Shown here piece after piece: positions 12,510 through 24,764 of a stretch of DNA of 64,000 nt. Position numbers and translations under genes: made by a program. Source of the stretch: Squalus acanthias (Eukaryota); NCBI GenBank assembly GCA_030390025.1, contig JASTWF010000069.1, forward strand, positions 248,001-312,000, given 5' to 3'. The notes beneath the pieces are model-generated. The model saw only the letters and a list, made by a program, of their open reading frames with translations, searched no databases and was not told the DNA's origin. The number at the start of each line of letters is the position of its first letter. Positions within the stretch are counted from its first letter, which is position 1.

Positions 12510-12683
12510 CGGTTTCAGTTCTCATTTCAAGACGTTTCATTTTACTGGGTCAATCCCGGGGCTGTGATTGGCCGCCAGGGGTGTCAGTCAGAGCTGAACC
12601 AACTGCTCAGCCCAAGATCCGACTGTCAGCTGTGAACCGCCCCCATTGTCCACAGTGAAGAGAGACTCCGGGCAGAGCGAGCG
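12510..12683 (+). promoter_or_regulatory. Putative promoter/5'UTR of gene A (ISRE-like motifs, inverted CCAAT)
   Basis: GTTTCAGTTC (12512-12521), GTTTCATTTT (12534-12543), ATTGG (12567-12571); CpG-rich; directly upstream of ATG|gtaaag. Confidence 0.5.
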
Positions 12684-15600
12684 ATGGTAAAGGTTCTGAC
12701 TAAAGGTCTTCGACCTGAAACATTAACTCTGTTTTTCTCTCCACAGATGCTGTCTGGCCTGCTCAGTTTTTCCAGCATTTTCTGTTATTTCGGATTTCCA
12801 ACATCCGCTGTATTTTGCTGTTGTATATGTGATGGTCTCGGCGCTGCGGGGAGGGGAAGGACCGGCCTCCGGGACTCTGTGTGGCTCGAATCACAAATTC
12901 AGTCTCCACACAGCACAGATGTAACCAAGACCTTTCCAGGGTGTCAGGCTAACCTGCCGCGGTTTGATGTCTGGATGTTACAAACTGATATGGGCGGGGG
13001 GACTGGGGGCTCGGTCTGTCTCTCCGTCAATCTCCGGCTCTGAACACACGGACAGGAGGAGGAGCACTGAGAGAGACTGAGACTGAGAGAGCGACGTTAT
13101 CCTTTAAAAAGGGGGCACATGCTGATCCTTATATTGGGGTAGGAGAGAGAGAGAGAGAGAGAGACTGACTGACTGACTGACTGACTGGGAGAGGGGTTGT
13201 CGTGGCCCCCCCGTGTCCGCACTCCCACTCTGCCTCACCCAGTCAGTAAACTCACTGAGGCTCTTTCCCCACCCGGGGAGAGTCGCCCCGCGGGTAAAGG
13301 ACCGCTCACTGGGCGGGGTTAAAATCTCCTTTTTCTCCGCTGTGTTTTGGGTGTTTGAGCTGCTCTGAAAAGGGGGCGATTCTGTTCCATTCCTGTGCTT
13401 TGTGTCGTTGCCCCTGGGGCAGAGTCTCCTAAAGGGGCTGTTAGACAAGGCAACTCCTCACCAGGCGGAGGAGGGAGGGCGAGAGAAGTTTAAATCACAA
13501 AACTCTCAATTACAGCAAGTGGGACATTGGAGGAATTGGTGGGTGGAGACTCATTGATCGCCTGTCAATCATCACCCGGGGGAAATGACCCTGAGCAGGA
13601 GGAAGGAACTGTGCAAAGGCTTCACTCTGCTTTCTTGTTGCAGGGATCGAGCTTGCTGAACCTGCTGCTGCTGCTGCTGAATATTGCTGGGGTTTCGGGT
13701 AAGTGCTGTGACTCGAGTAACATTTCAGTTCAAGTGTCAGTGGTTGATTCGTTGGGTCAGTGTCGAAGCCTGGGGGTGTGTGTGTGGACCTCAGTCCCAA
13801 ATCCAGCGGCAGTTTGGCTCTCTTACTGCCAGTTAACCGCCAGTGTGGGTCATTGATATTAATTGCATCAGGAAATCCTCGAGTTTGGAAGCACTGTATG
13901 TACTGCCTGTGGGCCATTGAGGGAGTGGACACAGTAGGTGAACTGAGAGCTGAAAGGAAGGCAGGTAATGTCTTCAGATTAACCCCTGTGATGTGATCCG
14001 CTGCTTTTGGTTTGTTTGATTCAGCCATTCCCAGGCTTTGGGTTGTAGTAATAAAGGTAGTTCAATGAACACATTGAAAATGTTTGATGAAATGTAACAT
14101 CTTATTTTGGATATTAGAAATTTGCAACTGATGCATAAACTAAACAAACTTTAAAATCCAATTTGAAGTTTATTTGTTGTAAAGTGTGATGCTGAGGTGG
14201 TTTTGACATAAATGTTTACGTAGGGAATCTCCATTTTAAATCTTTCCCATTAAAAATTACAAAAGAAATAATTGCTTGGTATAGACGGGACTTGTCGCTA
14301 TAAATTATAAAATTCTCATCCTCGTGTTCAAATCCCTCCATGGCCCTCGCCCCTCCCTATCTCTGTAACCTCCTCCAACCCTTCCAGATCTCTGCGCTCC
14401 TCCAATTCCGGCCTCTTGCACATCCCCCGATTTCCATCGCTCCACCATTGGCGGCCGTGCCTTCAGCTGCCTGGGCCCCGAGCTCTGGAATTCCCTCCCT
14501 AAACCTCTCCGCCTCTCTCTCTCCTCCTTTAAGACTCTGCTTAAAACCTACATCTTTGACAGAGTGTTTGGTCACCTGTTATAATATCTCCTTATGTGGC
14601 TCGGTGTCAAATTTTATTCGTTGATCGCTGCTGTGAAGCTTGGAAACACAAGGCCAGAGAATGAATAACACCCGGGCTGAGAAAAAGGCCTTGTCTTATC
14701 AGGGTATGATGCGTTTCCAAACTGTCTGTTGTTCGTACATCGCCCTTTCCTCCACAGTTTCACTCACTCTAAAAATGCTAAGGGAAAGGATGCTATATAA
14801 ATGGTGCTTGTTGTAAATAGTACATGCCTGAGCTTCAGCCTTCCCACAGCAGTGAAAGCAGTGAGTTACTGGTCAGAGCTTCTTGCAGTGTATCCCTGTG
14901 AAGCTTGGGATGGAATGTTCCAGCAGGGAGGTTATATCTGAGGATAAATACTTTGAATCTTTTCCAGGTTCTTTGCCTGTCACAGTTTCTGGGTTCCTTG
15001 GGGAGCAGGTTGTGCTGCCCTGTACCTACAAAGGGAATGCCTCAGTCCCAGATTTACAAGTCATTTGGCGAATACCCGGGCCTGAAGTTGTCCACAAGTT
15101 TGTCGATGGGAGCGATGATTTGACACAGCAAGACCCGCGGTTCAGAAACAGAACAAACCTCTTCAAAGATCAACTGGAACACGGCAACTGGTCAGTTCTG
15201 CTCTCTGACCTCAGGCAGTCGGACCAGAACAAGTATGACTGTCTGATTTTCAGGAGGACGGGTGAGGGCTTTGATCAGGAGCAAGCTGTTCTCGTCCATC
15301 TCTCTGTAACAGGTGAGAGGTTTCTGTTTCAGGGCTTCTGCATTGATCAGGAGTCTGTTAGCAATTTTATGGGTATGATAGTGGAGCGGTTCTGTTACTA
15401 GATTAATAATCCAGAGAAGGTGAGTTCAAATCCCACCATGGCACTTTGAGAATTTGAGAATAAATCTGGAAATAAAAAGTTGGTATCAATAGAAGTGACC
15501 ATGAAGCTGTTGAATTGCCATAAAACCCAACTGGTTCACTGATGTCCTTCAGGGAAGGAAACCTGCCGTCCTTACCCGGTCTGGTCTATAGGTGACTCCA

Positions 15601-18600
15601 GTCCCACACCAACGTGGTTGGCTTTTCATGGCCCTCTGTGGCCCAGCAAGCCAATAAGTTTCTATCAAACCACTAGAAAGAATTTTACTGAATGGGCCAG
15701 GCCACAGCAAAGGCAAATCCAGCCCAGCCGACCCTGCAAAGTCCTCCTCACTAACACCTGGAAACTGGTGCCCAAGTTGGGAGAGCTGTGTGACATAGTC
15801 ATACTCCCAGAATCAACCCTACATCCCAGACTCCTCTATCACCATCCCCGGGTATGTCCTGTCCCACCGGAAGGACAGACCCACCAGAGGTGGGAGCTCA
15901 GTGGTATACAGTCGGGTGGGAGTGGCCCCGGGAGTCCTCAACATTGACTCTGAACCCCATGAAGTCTCACGGCTTCAGGTTAAACCTGGGCAAGGAAACC
16001 TCCTGCTGATTACCACCTACCGCCCTCCCTCGGTGGTTGAATCAGCACTCCTCCATGTTGAACACCACTTGGAGGAAGCACTGAGGGTAGCAAGGGCACA
16101 GAATGTATTGAGTGGGAGACTGCAATGTCCATCACCAAGGGTGGCTCGGTACCACCACTGACCGAGCTGGCTGAGCCCTGAAGGACAGAGCTGCCAAACT
16201 GGGTGATGGATGGAGTCAGTGGTGCTCTGAAGCTGCACTCACTCACCAGGAACGGGCTACATCTGTCTCCAGATGTTGGGGTGCAGGAGCTTGGGCCCAA
16301 AGCACCTCTGGAGCAGCCTTTAAAAGACCCAGTGCTCTTACCTTGAAGGTGTATCCCAGTAGGCCCAGGATCCTGTGGGAATGCACTCCACAGGCGGATG
16401 TAGGCTGCTGGGAACGATACTGCTCGGGGTAACTCTGGAAATCTTCCATTCTGCCCCTCAGTTAATGCAATCCTGTTGGATTTTTCACTCTGCCGACCCT
16501 GTTGCTGATCCTTCCTGATCAGTTTGACCCCAGTCTCGTTCCTCCCTGGATGTGTTTCCCTGCAGCCCTATAGAGTCTTTGAACATTTCTGCAGTTTGTT
16601 TCACAATACTAAACGCATGATGTTTTCTTTAGAGCGAGCCCGTTCACCTGTACCGAACACGCCCGCACCAGGTAAGTCTGTTTCTAAACTACTGCATGTG
16701 TTTTCAGCTCTTACATTCTATCGTGCGGGATAGACGGGCAGTAACACTGGAAGGTTTGAAATGCTGTTTGATATTTTGCCAAAGAATGATTCTGAGAGTG
16801 AGTGGTGTGGGTCACCGTTACCTGGAACTGCTCTTTAAACTACCTGCAATTGTTATTTCTGCTTCTGAGCCTCGCCTTCCTGTCCCTCAGCGGCTGAACT
16901 CTGAGGATTCCCGCTTCCCGCTAGCATTAGTGTTTGTGGAAGTCTGTGGGAAAGTCCGAGCCCTCCTGTCGGGAAACTGACGGGACAGGGTGCAACGCTG
17001 GTTGAAGTCACCGGAGAGTAATATTGGCCCAGCTGTGAAACCGGCGTTCCACCCGATCCCGTGCAAAGAGCCAATTGTAAAAGCATTTTGAGATTTCATT
17101 GGTTCAAAGTGTGACGCCGAGATGTTTCCATTTAAAAATGGCAAAAGAATGATGCCTGCCTCACACGGGACTTGTCATTCTAAATAGTACATGCCTGAGC
17201 TTCAGCCTTCCCACAGCAGTGAAAGCAGTGAGTTACTGGTCAGAGCTTCTTGCAGTGTATCCCTGTGAAGCTTGGGATGTAATGTTCCAGCAGGGAGGTT
17301 ATATCTGTGGATAAATACTTTGAATCTTTTCCAGGTTCTTTGCCTGTCACAGTTTCTGTGTTCCTTGGGGAGCAGGTTGTGCTGCCCTGTACCTACAAAG
17401 GGAATGCCCCCGTCCCAGATTTACAAGTCCTTTGGCAAATACCTGGGCCTGAAGTTGTCCACCAGTTTGTCGATGGGAGCGATGATTTGACACAGCAAGA
17501 CCCGCGGTTCAGAAACAGAACAAACCTCTTCAAAGATCAACTGGAACACGGCAACTGGTCAGTTCTGCTCTCTGACCTCAGGCAGTCCGACCAGAACGAG
17601 TATGAGTGTCTGATTTTCAGGAGGACGGGTGTGGATTTTCATTGGGAGCAAGATGTCTCCGTCCGTCTCTCTGTAACAGGTGAGAGGTTTCTGTTTCTGC
17701 ATTGATCAGGAATCTGTTAGCAATTTTATGGGTACGATAGTGCAGGGGTTCTGTTACTAGATTAATAATCCAGAGGCCTGGGCTCATAATCCAGAGAAGG
17801 TGAGTTCAGATCCCACCATGGCACTTTCAGAATTTGAGAATAAATCTGGAAATAAAACGTTGGCATCAATAGAAGTGACCCTGAAGCTGTTGGATTGCCG
17901 TCAAACTCAACTAGTTCACTGATGTCCTTTAGGGAAGGAAACCTGCCGTCCTTACCCGGTCTGGTCTATAGGTGACTCCAGTCCCACACCAACGTGGTTG
18001 ACTTTTCACGGCCCTCTGTGGCCCAGCAAGCCAATCAGTTTCTATCAAACCACTAGAAAGATAAACAAGAATTAAATTGGACGAGCCAGGCATTGAACCA
18101 GGACACAGGAAAGGCAAATCCAGCCCAGTCAACCCTGCAAAGTCCTCCTCACTAACATCTGGGGACTGGAGCCCAAGTTGGGAGAGCTGTGTGACATGGT
18201 CATACTCCCAGAATCAACCCTACATCCCAGACTCCTCCATCACCATCCCCGGGTATGTCCTGTCCCACCGGAAGGACAGACCCACCAGAGGTGGGGGCTC
18301 AGTGGTATACAGTCGGGTGGGAGTGGCCCCGGGAGTCCTCAACATTGACGACAATGGGGAATAATATTGGGCCGGGTGTGAAACCGGCGTTCCACCCGAT
18401 CCCAAGACTTCCCCGACCCACAGATTAGTTTAAAATTCCCCCTCTGTTTCAGCGGGCTGTTGGGTTTAATTGTAGGGAGGCTGCTGCTTGTCAGTCTCCA
18501 GTTATCTCTATCGGGAAGCCTGTATCGATCGCATTGTGGGGCAGTGTGTGTGTGTGTTCAAGGAGCTGTGGGCTGGCCTGGTGTGTGTGATTATTGGAAT

Positions 18601-21400
18601 CTAACCTCTCCCATCGCTCCGGGGCTAGAATTGACCAGGGATCTATTTGTGCTGGGGATGGTTCTGAAGCACTCGGTGCTGAAGGTCTCTGCTGTTAGTT
18701 TGTGAGTGTGTCCCGGTCTGTTAACGGTTTATTCTGTCTCTAGATCCTGGACTCTCTACTGGAGCAGCAGTCGCATTGGGGATCGGAATTCTTGCTCTTC
18801 TTACTCTTGCTGTCATTGGGGTTTTCCTGATCCGAAAGCGATGGTGGTGAGTTCTAGAATGTGCCGCAGTTTCCATTGTTGATTCTAGTTTTGTTCTATT
18901 ACACTTTGTGTTTAAAGATGTTGTGTGCAGCGATACACTTTGAGCTGTGTGCGATGCTTCAATGTAGCATTATCCCGTCACTTCCAGCTTGTTGTCATCT
19001 CTGTTGCTCCGTTCACTAGCCACCGACTCCATCCCTCTCCCTGGCCACTGTCTGAGGCTGAACCAGTTCACAACCTCGGTGTCTTATTAGACCCTGAGCT
19101 GAGCTTCCGACCCGTATCCTCCCCATCACCAAGACCGCCTACTGCCACCTCCGTAACATCGCCCGTCTCCGCCCCTACCTCAGCTCATCTGCTGCTGAAA
19201 CCCTCATCCATGCCTTACCGCAAAACGCGACCATTTCAAAACTCTCCTTTCTGTATCCTAACTCGCACCAAGTCCCGTTCACCCATCACCCTCTGTGTTC
19301 ACTGACCTACATTCATCCTCCTGTTCAAATCCCTCCGTGGCCTCCTCCAGCCCCACAATCCTTCGAGATCTCTGCGCTCCTCCAATTCTGGCCTCTTGAG
19401 CATCCCTGATTTCCATCGCTCCACCATTGGTGGCCGTGACATCAGCTGCCTGGGCCCTAAGCTCTGGAATTCCCTCCCTAAACCTCTCCGCCTCTCTCCT
19501 CCTTTAAGATGCTCCTTAAAACTGACCTATTTGAGCAAGCTTTTGGTCTCCTGCCCTAATATCTCCTTATGTGGCTCGCTGTCAAATTTTGTTTGATCGC
19601 TCCTGTGAAGCACCTTGGGCGATAAAGGCGCTATATAAATTCAAGTTGTTGCTCTATCTCCACTTGTGCTTACATTTTTCAAACCACCCCCTTGACCCGG
19701 CCATCAGTGATTCCGATCACTGAGAAGGCCATCCTGGATTTCCTTGTCTCCCTCAACATCCACCTCTCCCTGCCCATCTCTTACCCCCCACTTCCCCCTT
19801 TGCCCCCCGATGGGGAGAAGGAACTATTGCTGGGATCTCTAACTCTTCTCTGGTCTTTCCCCGTCACGATATTTCTGCCTCCGTTAGCCTGTTTGGCCAC
19901 TGCTAGAACAGGCTTGACCACATCAAGGAATACCATCTCCATCTGTGGCTCTCAGTACTTCAGGATCAGACTGGAGAGTACGGACATGCCCAACATCCTC
20001 CTGTCTGATCTGATCCCCATCATCTTTTACTCATTTACTAGAGTTCTTTGATGTAACGAGCAGGGTGGATAAAGGGGAACCAGTAGATGTAGTGTATTTG
20101 GATTTCCAGAAGGTATTCGATAAGGTGCCACATAAAAGGTTACTGCACAAGATAAGAGCTCACGGGGTTGGGGGTAATATATTAGCATGGATAGAGGATT
20201 GGCTAACTAACAGAAAACAGAGAGTTGGGATAAATGGGTCATTTTCTGGTTGGCAAACTGTAACTAGTGGGGTGCCACAGGGATCAGTGCTGGGGCCTCA
20301 AATATTTACAATCTGTATTAATGACTTGGATGAAGGGACCGTGTGTACTGTAGCCAAATTTGCTGATGATACAAAGATAGGTGGGAACACAAGTTGTGAG
20401 GAGGACACAGTCTGCAAAGAGATATGGATAGGCTAAGTGGGCAAAAATTTGGCAGATGGAGTATAATGTGGGAAAATGTGAGGTTATCCACTTTGGTAGG
20501 AAAAATAAAAAAGCAAATTATTATTTAAATAGAGAGAGACTACATAATGCTGCAGTACAGAGGGATCTGGAGGTCCTCATACATGAAACACAAAGTTAGC
20601 ATGCAGGTACAGCAAGTAATTAGGAAGGCAAATGGAATGTTGGCCTTTATTGCAAGGGGGATGGAGTATAAAAGTAGGGAAGTCTTGCTACAACTGTACA
20701 GGGCGCTGGTGAGACCACACCTGGAGTACTGCGTACAGTTTTGGTCTCCTTATTTAAGGAGGGATAGGGATATACTTGCATTGGAGGCAGTTCAGAGAAG
20801 GTTCACTAGGTTGATTCCTGGGATGAAGGGGTTGTCTTATGAAGAAAGGTTGAGCAGGTTGGGTCTATACTCATTGGAGTATCGAAGAATGAGAGGGGAT
20901 CTTATCGAAACATATAAGATTCTGAGGGGGCTCGACAGGGTAGATGCAGGGAGGATGTTTCCCCTCGTGGGGGAATCTAGAATTAGGGGGCACAGTTTCC
21001 GGATAAGGGGTCGCCCATTTAAAACAGAGATGAGGAGGAATTTCTTCTGAGGGTCGTGAATCTTTGGAATTCTCTACCCCAGAGAGCTGTGGAGGCTGGG
21101 TCATTGAATATATTCAAGGCGGAGATAGACAGATATTTCAGCTACAGGGGAGTCAAGGGTTATGGGGAGCGGGCGGGAACGTGGCATTAAGGCCAAGATC
21201 AGATCAGCCATGATCTTATTGAATGGCGGGGCAGGCTCGAGGGGTGGAATGGCCGACTCCTGATACTATTTCTTATGTTCTCATCAATTCTTTCTTAATC
21301 TCCAAAATTGAGGCTAGCTGTCATTTTTCTATTTCTCTGGTGCCTCAGGCAGCACGGGTCCTGTGGAGTGTACAGCTCCTGCCCATTGCCTCCCCTATAA
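12684..21400 (+). CDS. Gene A: B7/butyrophilin-like receptor with two IgV domains (leader-V-linker-V-TM-short tail), ~313 aa; join(12684-12686,13644-13698,14968-15312,16633-16671,17335-17679,18744-18846,21349-21400)
   Basis: All introns GT-AG with consistent phases (0,1,1,1,1,2); 942 nt with no internal stop. The ATG-only first exon and the last exon are the least certain parts. Confidence 0.75.
12689..12830 (+). mobile_element. ~140-bp Penelope-like terminal-repeat insert with a degenerate hammerhead-like core
   Basis: Flanked by a GATGGT duplication (12683-12688, 12831-12836). The empty site is seen in the inverted copy at ~28212-28240. Core reads CTGACTA..AGGTC-TTC-GACCT-GAAAC. Confidence 0.6.
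13143..13187 (+). repeat. (GA)n(GACT)n microsatellite
   Basis: Seen directly; much shorter in the paralogous intron at ~47204-47217. Confidence 0.9.
13644..13698 (+). CDS. Gene A signal-peptide exon (GSSLLNLLLLLLNIAGVS-G)
   Basis: ttcttgttgcag| ... TCGG|gtaagt; hydrophobic core encoded by (CTG)6; phase 0-1. Confidence 0.85.
14300..14812 (+). mobile_element. L2-like 3' fragment / composite insertion in the leader-V intron
   Basis: ggccgtgccttcagctgcctggg...ctctggaattccctccctaaacc motif; TAAAT at both ends; absent from the paralogous intron at ~17165-17195. Confidence 0.65.
14968..15312 (+). CDS. Gene A IgV exon V1 (B7/BTN-family V-set domain)
   Basis: tttccag|...ACAG|gtgaga, 345 nt, phase 1-1. 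B-strand Cys (LPCTY), C-strand Trp, QDPRFRNRTNLF...GNWSV and DQNKYDC match the VTCN1/CD276/HHLA2/BTN IgV pattern. Confidence 0.92.
15400..16200 (+). mobile_element. tRNA-headed SINE-like segment plus degenerate LINE endonuclease fragment
   Basis: gagttcaaatccc B-box-like motif; LVPKLGEL..DIVILPES and LLLITTYRPPS endonuclease-like motifs; repeated at ~17790-18350, ~34090-34345 and ~49430-49985. Confidence 0.6.
16633..16671 (+). CDS. Gene A 39-bp Pro-rich linker/stalk exon (ERARSPVPNTPAP-G)
   Basis: tgttttctttag| ... CCAG|gtaagt, phase 1-1. Confidence 0.8.
17335..17679 (+). CDS. Gene A IgV exon V2
   Basis: ttttccag|...ACAG|gtgaga, 345 nt; 14 aa differences from V1. Confidence 0.92.
18744..18846 (+). 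CDS. Gene A transmembrane exon (DPGLSTGAAVALGIGILALLTLAVIGVFLIRKRW)
   Basis: ttctgtctctag| ... TG|gtgagt; hydrophobic span followed by RKR stop-transfer; phase 1-2. Confidence 0.88.
19050..19652 (+). mobile_element. L2-like LINE 3' fragment
   Basis: acaacctcggtgtc..gaccctgagctgagc, and a tail ending taaaggcgctatataaat..agttgttg; paralogues at ~38625-39235 and ~50700-51315. Confidence 0.7.
20031..21280 (+). mobile_element. Degenerate 5'-truncated CR1 LINE
   Basis: [39 protein letters not shown] in broken frames; paralogues at ~39615-40870 and ~51695-52945. Confidence 0.9.
21349..21400 (+). CDS. Gene A putative cytoplasmic-tail exon (W-QHGSCGVYSSCPLPPL*)
   Basis: ttttctatttctctggtgcctcag| acceptor, phase 2; conserved in all three units; AATAAA at 21593-21598. 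Confidence 0.6.
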
Positions 21401-22410
21401 ACCTCCTCTCCTCTATACTCTGCTCCATCAACGTGCAGCTCCTGTGACACATTTTCCAGCTACCAGTGGTGCCCAGGATGTTGTGTAATTTAATCGGTCT
21501 GTGCTCCTGAACGGCTCCTTTACACACTTGTCCAAAGTGTTGGATCCTTTTAACGTAACCTGCACTCTGCTGGTTTCTCTCCTAGGAAACAAAATAAAGA
21601 CTCCAGCAATCCAGAAGCAGCATCTAATGGCGGCCCTTTGACAAACGTGCCTTGTTCGGATGAAGCACGGAGCCTTGTGACAACAGCAGCTGAGCATCAG
21701 ACTGGAGCGGCTGGAGAACAAAACCTTCTGGGGAATCTGGCTGTCCAGCGCTGACTGAGTTTACACTGCACTGTGCCTGGGTCAGGGAGGGGCCGACCAG
21801 CCCGGTATTGTGGTTATCATAGAATAGCACAGCACAGGAGGAGGCCATTCTATCGAGTGACTCCTGGAGGGAAGTCTGAGCTCAGGCTTGGGATCAGCAG
21901 TCACTTCCCCCTCTCACCAGCACAGTCTCAGAGGAGATAAGCTCCCAATGGAACTGTTGCCCCTTCACTAGAAAAACTGTCCAATCGGTATTTTATTCTA
22001 TGCATTATATCGCGGCATTACTGTGTCCAAGCTCAGTCTCGGGAACATCCAGGACCACCTTTAGCTGTGTAACCCATTGATCACTCCCTGTGAGAGATGG
22101 TAACTCCTAAATATCCCATCAATGAGCGGGAACAACAGGCACTTTCTGATTAATTTCTTTACTTGTTCAGGGTGTGGGTGGTGTTGGCAGGGCCCCATTT
22201 CTTGACCATCTCGACTTGAACCACTGCAGTCTTTGTAGCGATGGCGCTCCCACAGTGGGGAATGTGGGAAGAGGCTTCAGAACCTCCCTCTGCAGCATCA
22301 CTCACGAGCCAGAGCCAGCGACGACATCATTGCCAGCAACTGCTTTATATACAGAATTTATATTCCAGGTGTTTTACAGATTGAAACTGTCTACAGCAAA
22401 AAATTATGCA

Positions 22411-23805
22411 CTATTTAAAAAAGGAGGGAAAGAGAAAACCAGGAACTACAGCCTAACATCAGTAGTAGGGAAAATGCTAGTCTATTATAAAGGATGCGAT
22501 AACAGGACACTTAGAAAATATCAACGGGATTAGACAAAGTCAACATGGATTTATGAAAGGGAAATCGTGTTTGACAAACCTACTGGAATTTTTGAGGATG
22601 TAACTGGTAGAATAGATAAGGGAGAACCAGTGGATGTGGTGTATTTGGATTTTCAGAAGGCCTTTGATAAAGTCCCACATAAGAGGTTAGTGTGCAAAAT
22701 TAAAGCACATGGGATTGGGGGTAATATACTGGCATGGATTGAAAATTGGTTAACAGACAGGAAACACAGTAGGAATAAATGGGTCTTTTTCGGGGTGACT
22801 AGTGGGGTACCGCAGGGATCAGTGCTGGGGCCCCAGCTATTCACGATATATCAATGATTTGGATGAGGGAACCAAATGTAATATTTCCAACTTTGCTGAC
22901 AACACAAAACTAGGTGGGATTGTGAGGAGGATGCAAAGAGGCTTCAAGGTGATTTAGACAAGTTGAGTGAGTGGGCAAATACATGGCAGATGCAGTATAA
23001 CGTGCATAAATGTGAAGTTATTCACTTCGGTAGGAAAAACAAAGGTAGAGTATTATTTAAATGGTGATAGATTGGGAAATGCTGATGTGCAGAGGGACCT
23101 GGGTGTCCCTGTACACCAGTCACAGAAAGCAAACATGCAGGTGCAGCAAGCAGTTAGGAAGGCAAATGGTATGTTGGCCTTCATTGCAAGAGGATTTGAG
23201 TACAGGAGCAAGGATGTCTTGCTACAGTTGTACAGGGCCTTGGTGAGACCACACCTGGAGTAGTGTGTGCAGTTTTGGTCTCCTTACCTAAGAAAGGATA
23301 TACTTGCCATAGAGGGAGTGCAACGAAGGTTCACCTGACTGATTCCTGGGATGGCAGGACTGTCGTATGAGGAGAGATTGGGTCGACTAGGCCTGTATTC
23401 ACTAGCGTTTAGAAGAATGAGAGGGGATCTCATTGAAACGTATAAAATTCTGACAGGGCGAGACAGACTGGGTGCAGGGAGGATGTTTCCCTTGGCTGGG
23501 GGGTCTAGAACGAGGGGTCACAGTCTCAGGATACAGGGTAGGACATTTAGGACTGAGATGAGGAGAAATGTCTTCACTCAGAGGGTGGTGAACCTGTGGA
23601 ATTCTCCACCACAGAAGGCTGTGGAGGCCAAGTCACTGAATATATTTAAGTAGGAGACAGATAGATTTCTAGACGCAAAAGGCATCAAGGGGTATGGGGA
23701 GAGAGCGGGGATATGGTATTGAGATAGAGGATCAACCATGATCATATTGAATGATGGAGCAGGCTCAAAGGGCCTACTCCTGCTCCTATTTTTCTATGTT
23801 TCTAT
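22411..23805 (+). mobile_element. Degenerate CR1 LINE present in units A and C but not B
   Basis: RT motifs in broken frames; empty site at ~42260-42270; copy at ~54076-55470. Confidence 0.88.
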
Positions 23806-24764
23806 TTGAATATTGCTTGAAGTTTTCAATCCAAGCAGTGATTAAAGAGAAGTCGGTCTTTATATTTGTCAGTGGATGTATAGAATCATTAGAAGGACAC
23901 AGCCGAGACAGAGGCCTCTATTTATAAACCCATAGACCTGTACCTGGCCACTGGCTTTTAATGATTTGTGAACCTTGGACTCCCAAATCTCTCTGCTCTA
24001 CAGTTCCTCATCTCTCACTGTTTTATACACACAATTCATATTCTAAATATTTTACATATGTCGACACGACTGATACTGCCTTAGTGACCAAAAATTGTGT
24101 CTGTGTACGCGCACCAAATCCCAAGAATCTTTTTGACCGATCGTAACCATTCCCGGGAAAAGGGCATTCGGGGTCGGAGAGTTAGGCGATTTTCCCAACT
24201 ACTGCCCAGCGAATGCCCGTGAAATTCTTGTGCTGGTAAAAGGCCTGGTTGGGCCAGCATACACGTAGAGGCCCAGGAAGGCGAGTCTACGTGGATCCCG
24301 AGGAACCAGGTAGGCGCGGATTGTATTCGGGTTCGGAGGCATTTCCCCGCGGGAAACCTCCGACCGCAAATTCAGGCCCTTTGTATGAATAAATAAATGT
24401 ATATAATATGTCTGCCTTTCTCTCCTGTATACTGGAATGTCACTTTTCTATATGTACATTTTGAACCTGTGATTAAAGGGAAGCCCATGTTTATATGAGT
24501 GGATGTACAGTCTTGCTTTGTTTAAGGACCGAAAGCAGAGTAACGGTGAACGGTTGTTTTTCAGACTGGAGGGAGGTATACAGTGGTGTCCAAGGGCTTG
24601 CTGTTGGGACCACTGCTCTTTTGATGTATATTAATGACCTGGTCTTGGGTATACAGGGCATCATTTCAAAGTTTGCAGATGACACGGAACTCTGAAATAT
24701 AATAAGACAGCGAGATGGGGCAGGAACAGACTTCAGGAGGATCGAGAGCGAGACAGACTGAATC

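Noticed and set aside
13119-13138. Alternative first exon ATGCTGATCCTTATATTGGG|gtagga (MLILILG; TTAGG|gtaaga in C)
   Set aside because: It ends in phase 2 and hits TGA when joined to the first leader acceptor. It works only with a second AG 8 nt downstream. Not preferred, but not excluded without cDNA.
14883-15401. Single-exon ORF-track versions of the V genes (also 17307-17705 and 48946-49377)
   Set aside because: Non-ATG starts and intron read-through on both sides of clear splice sites
14968-17679. V exons as rearranging Ig/TCR/NAR V segments
   Set aside because: Each exon already includes the G strand and ends in a splice donor. No heptamer-spacer-nonamer follows, and the CACAGTG at ~12651 has no nonamer.
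19692-20051. 119-aa ORF open in all three units
   Set aside because: TTG start, intronic, between LINE fragments, no recognisable motif. Conservation is explained by recent duplication.
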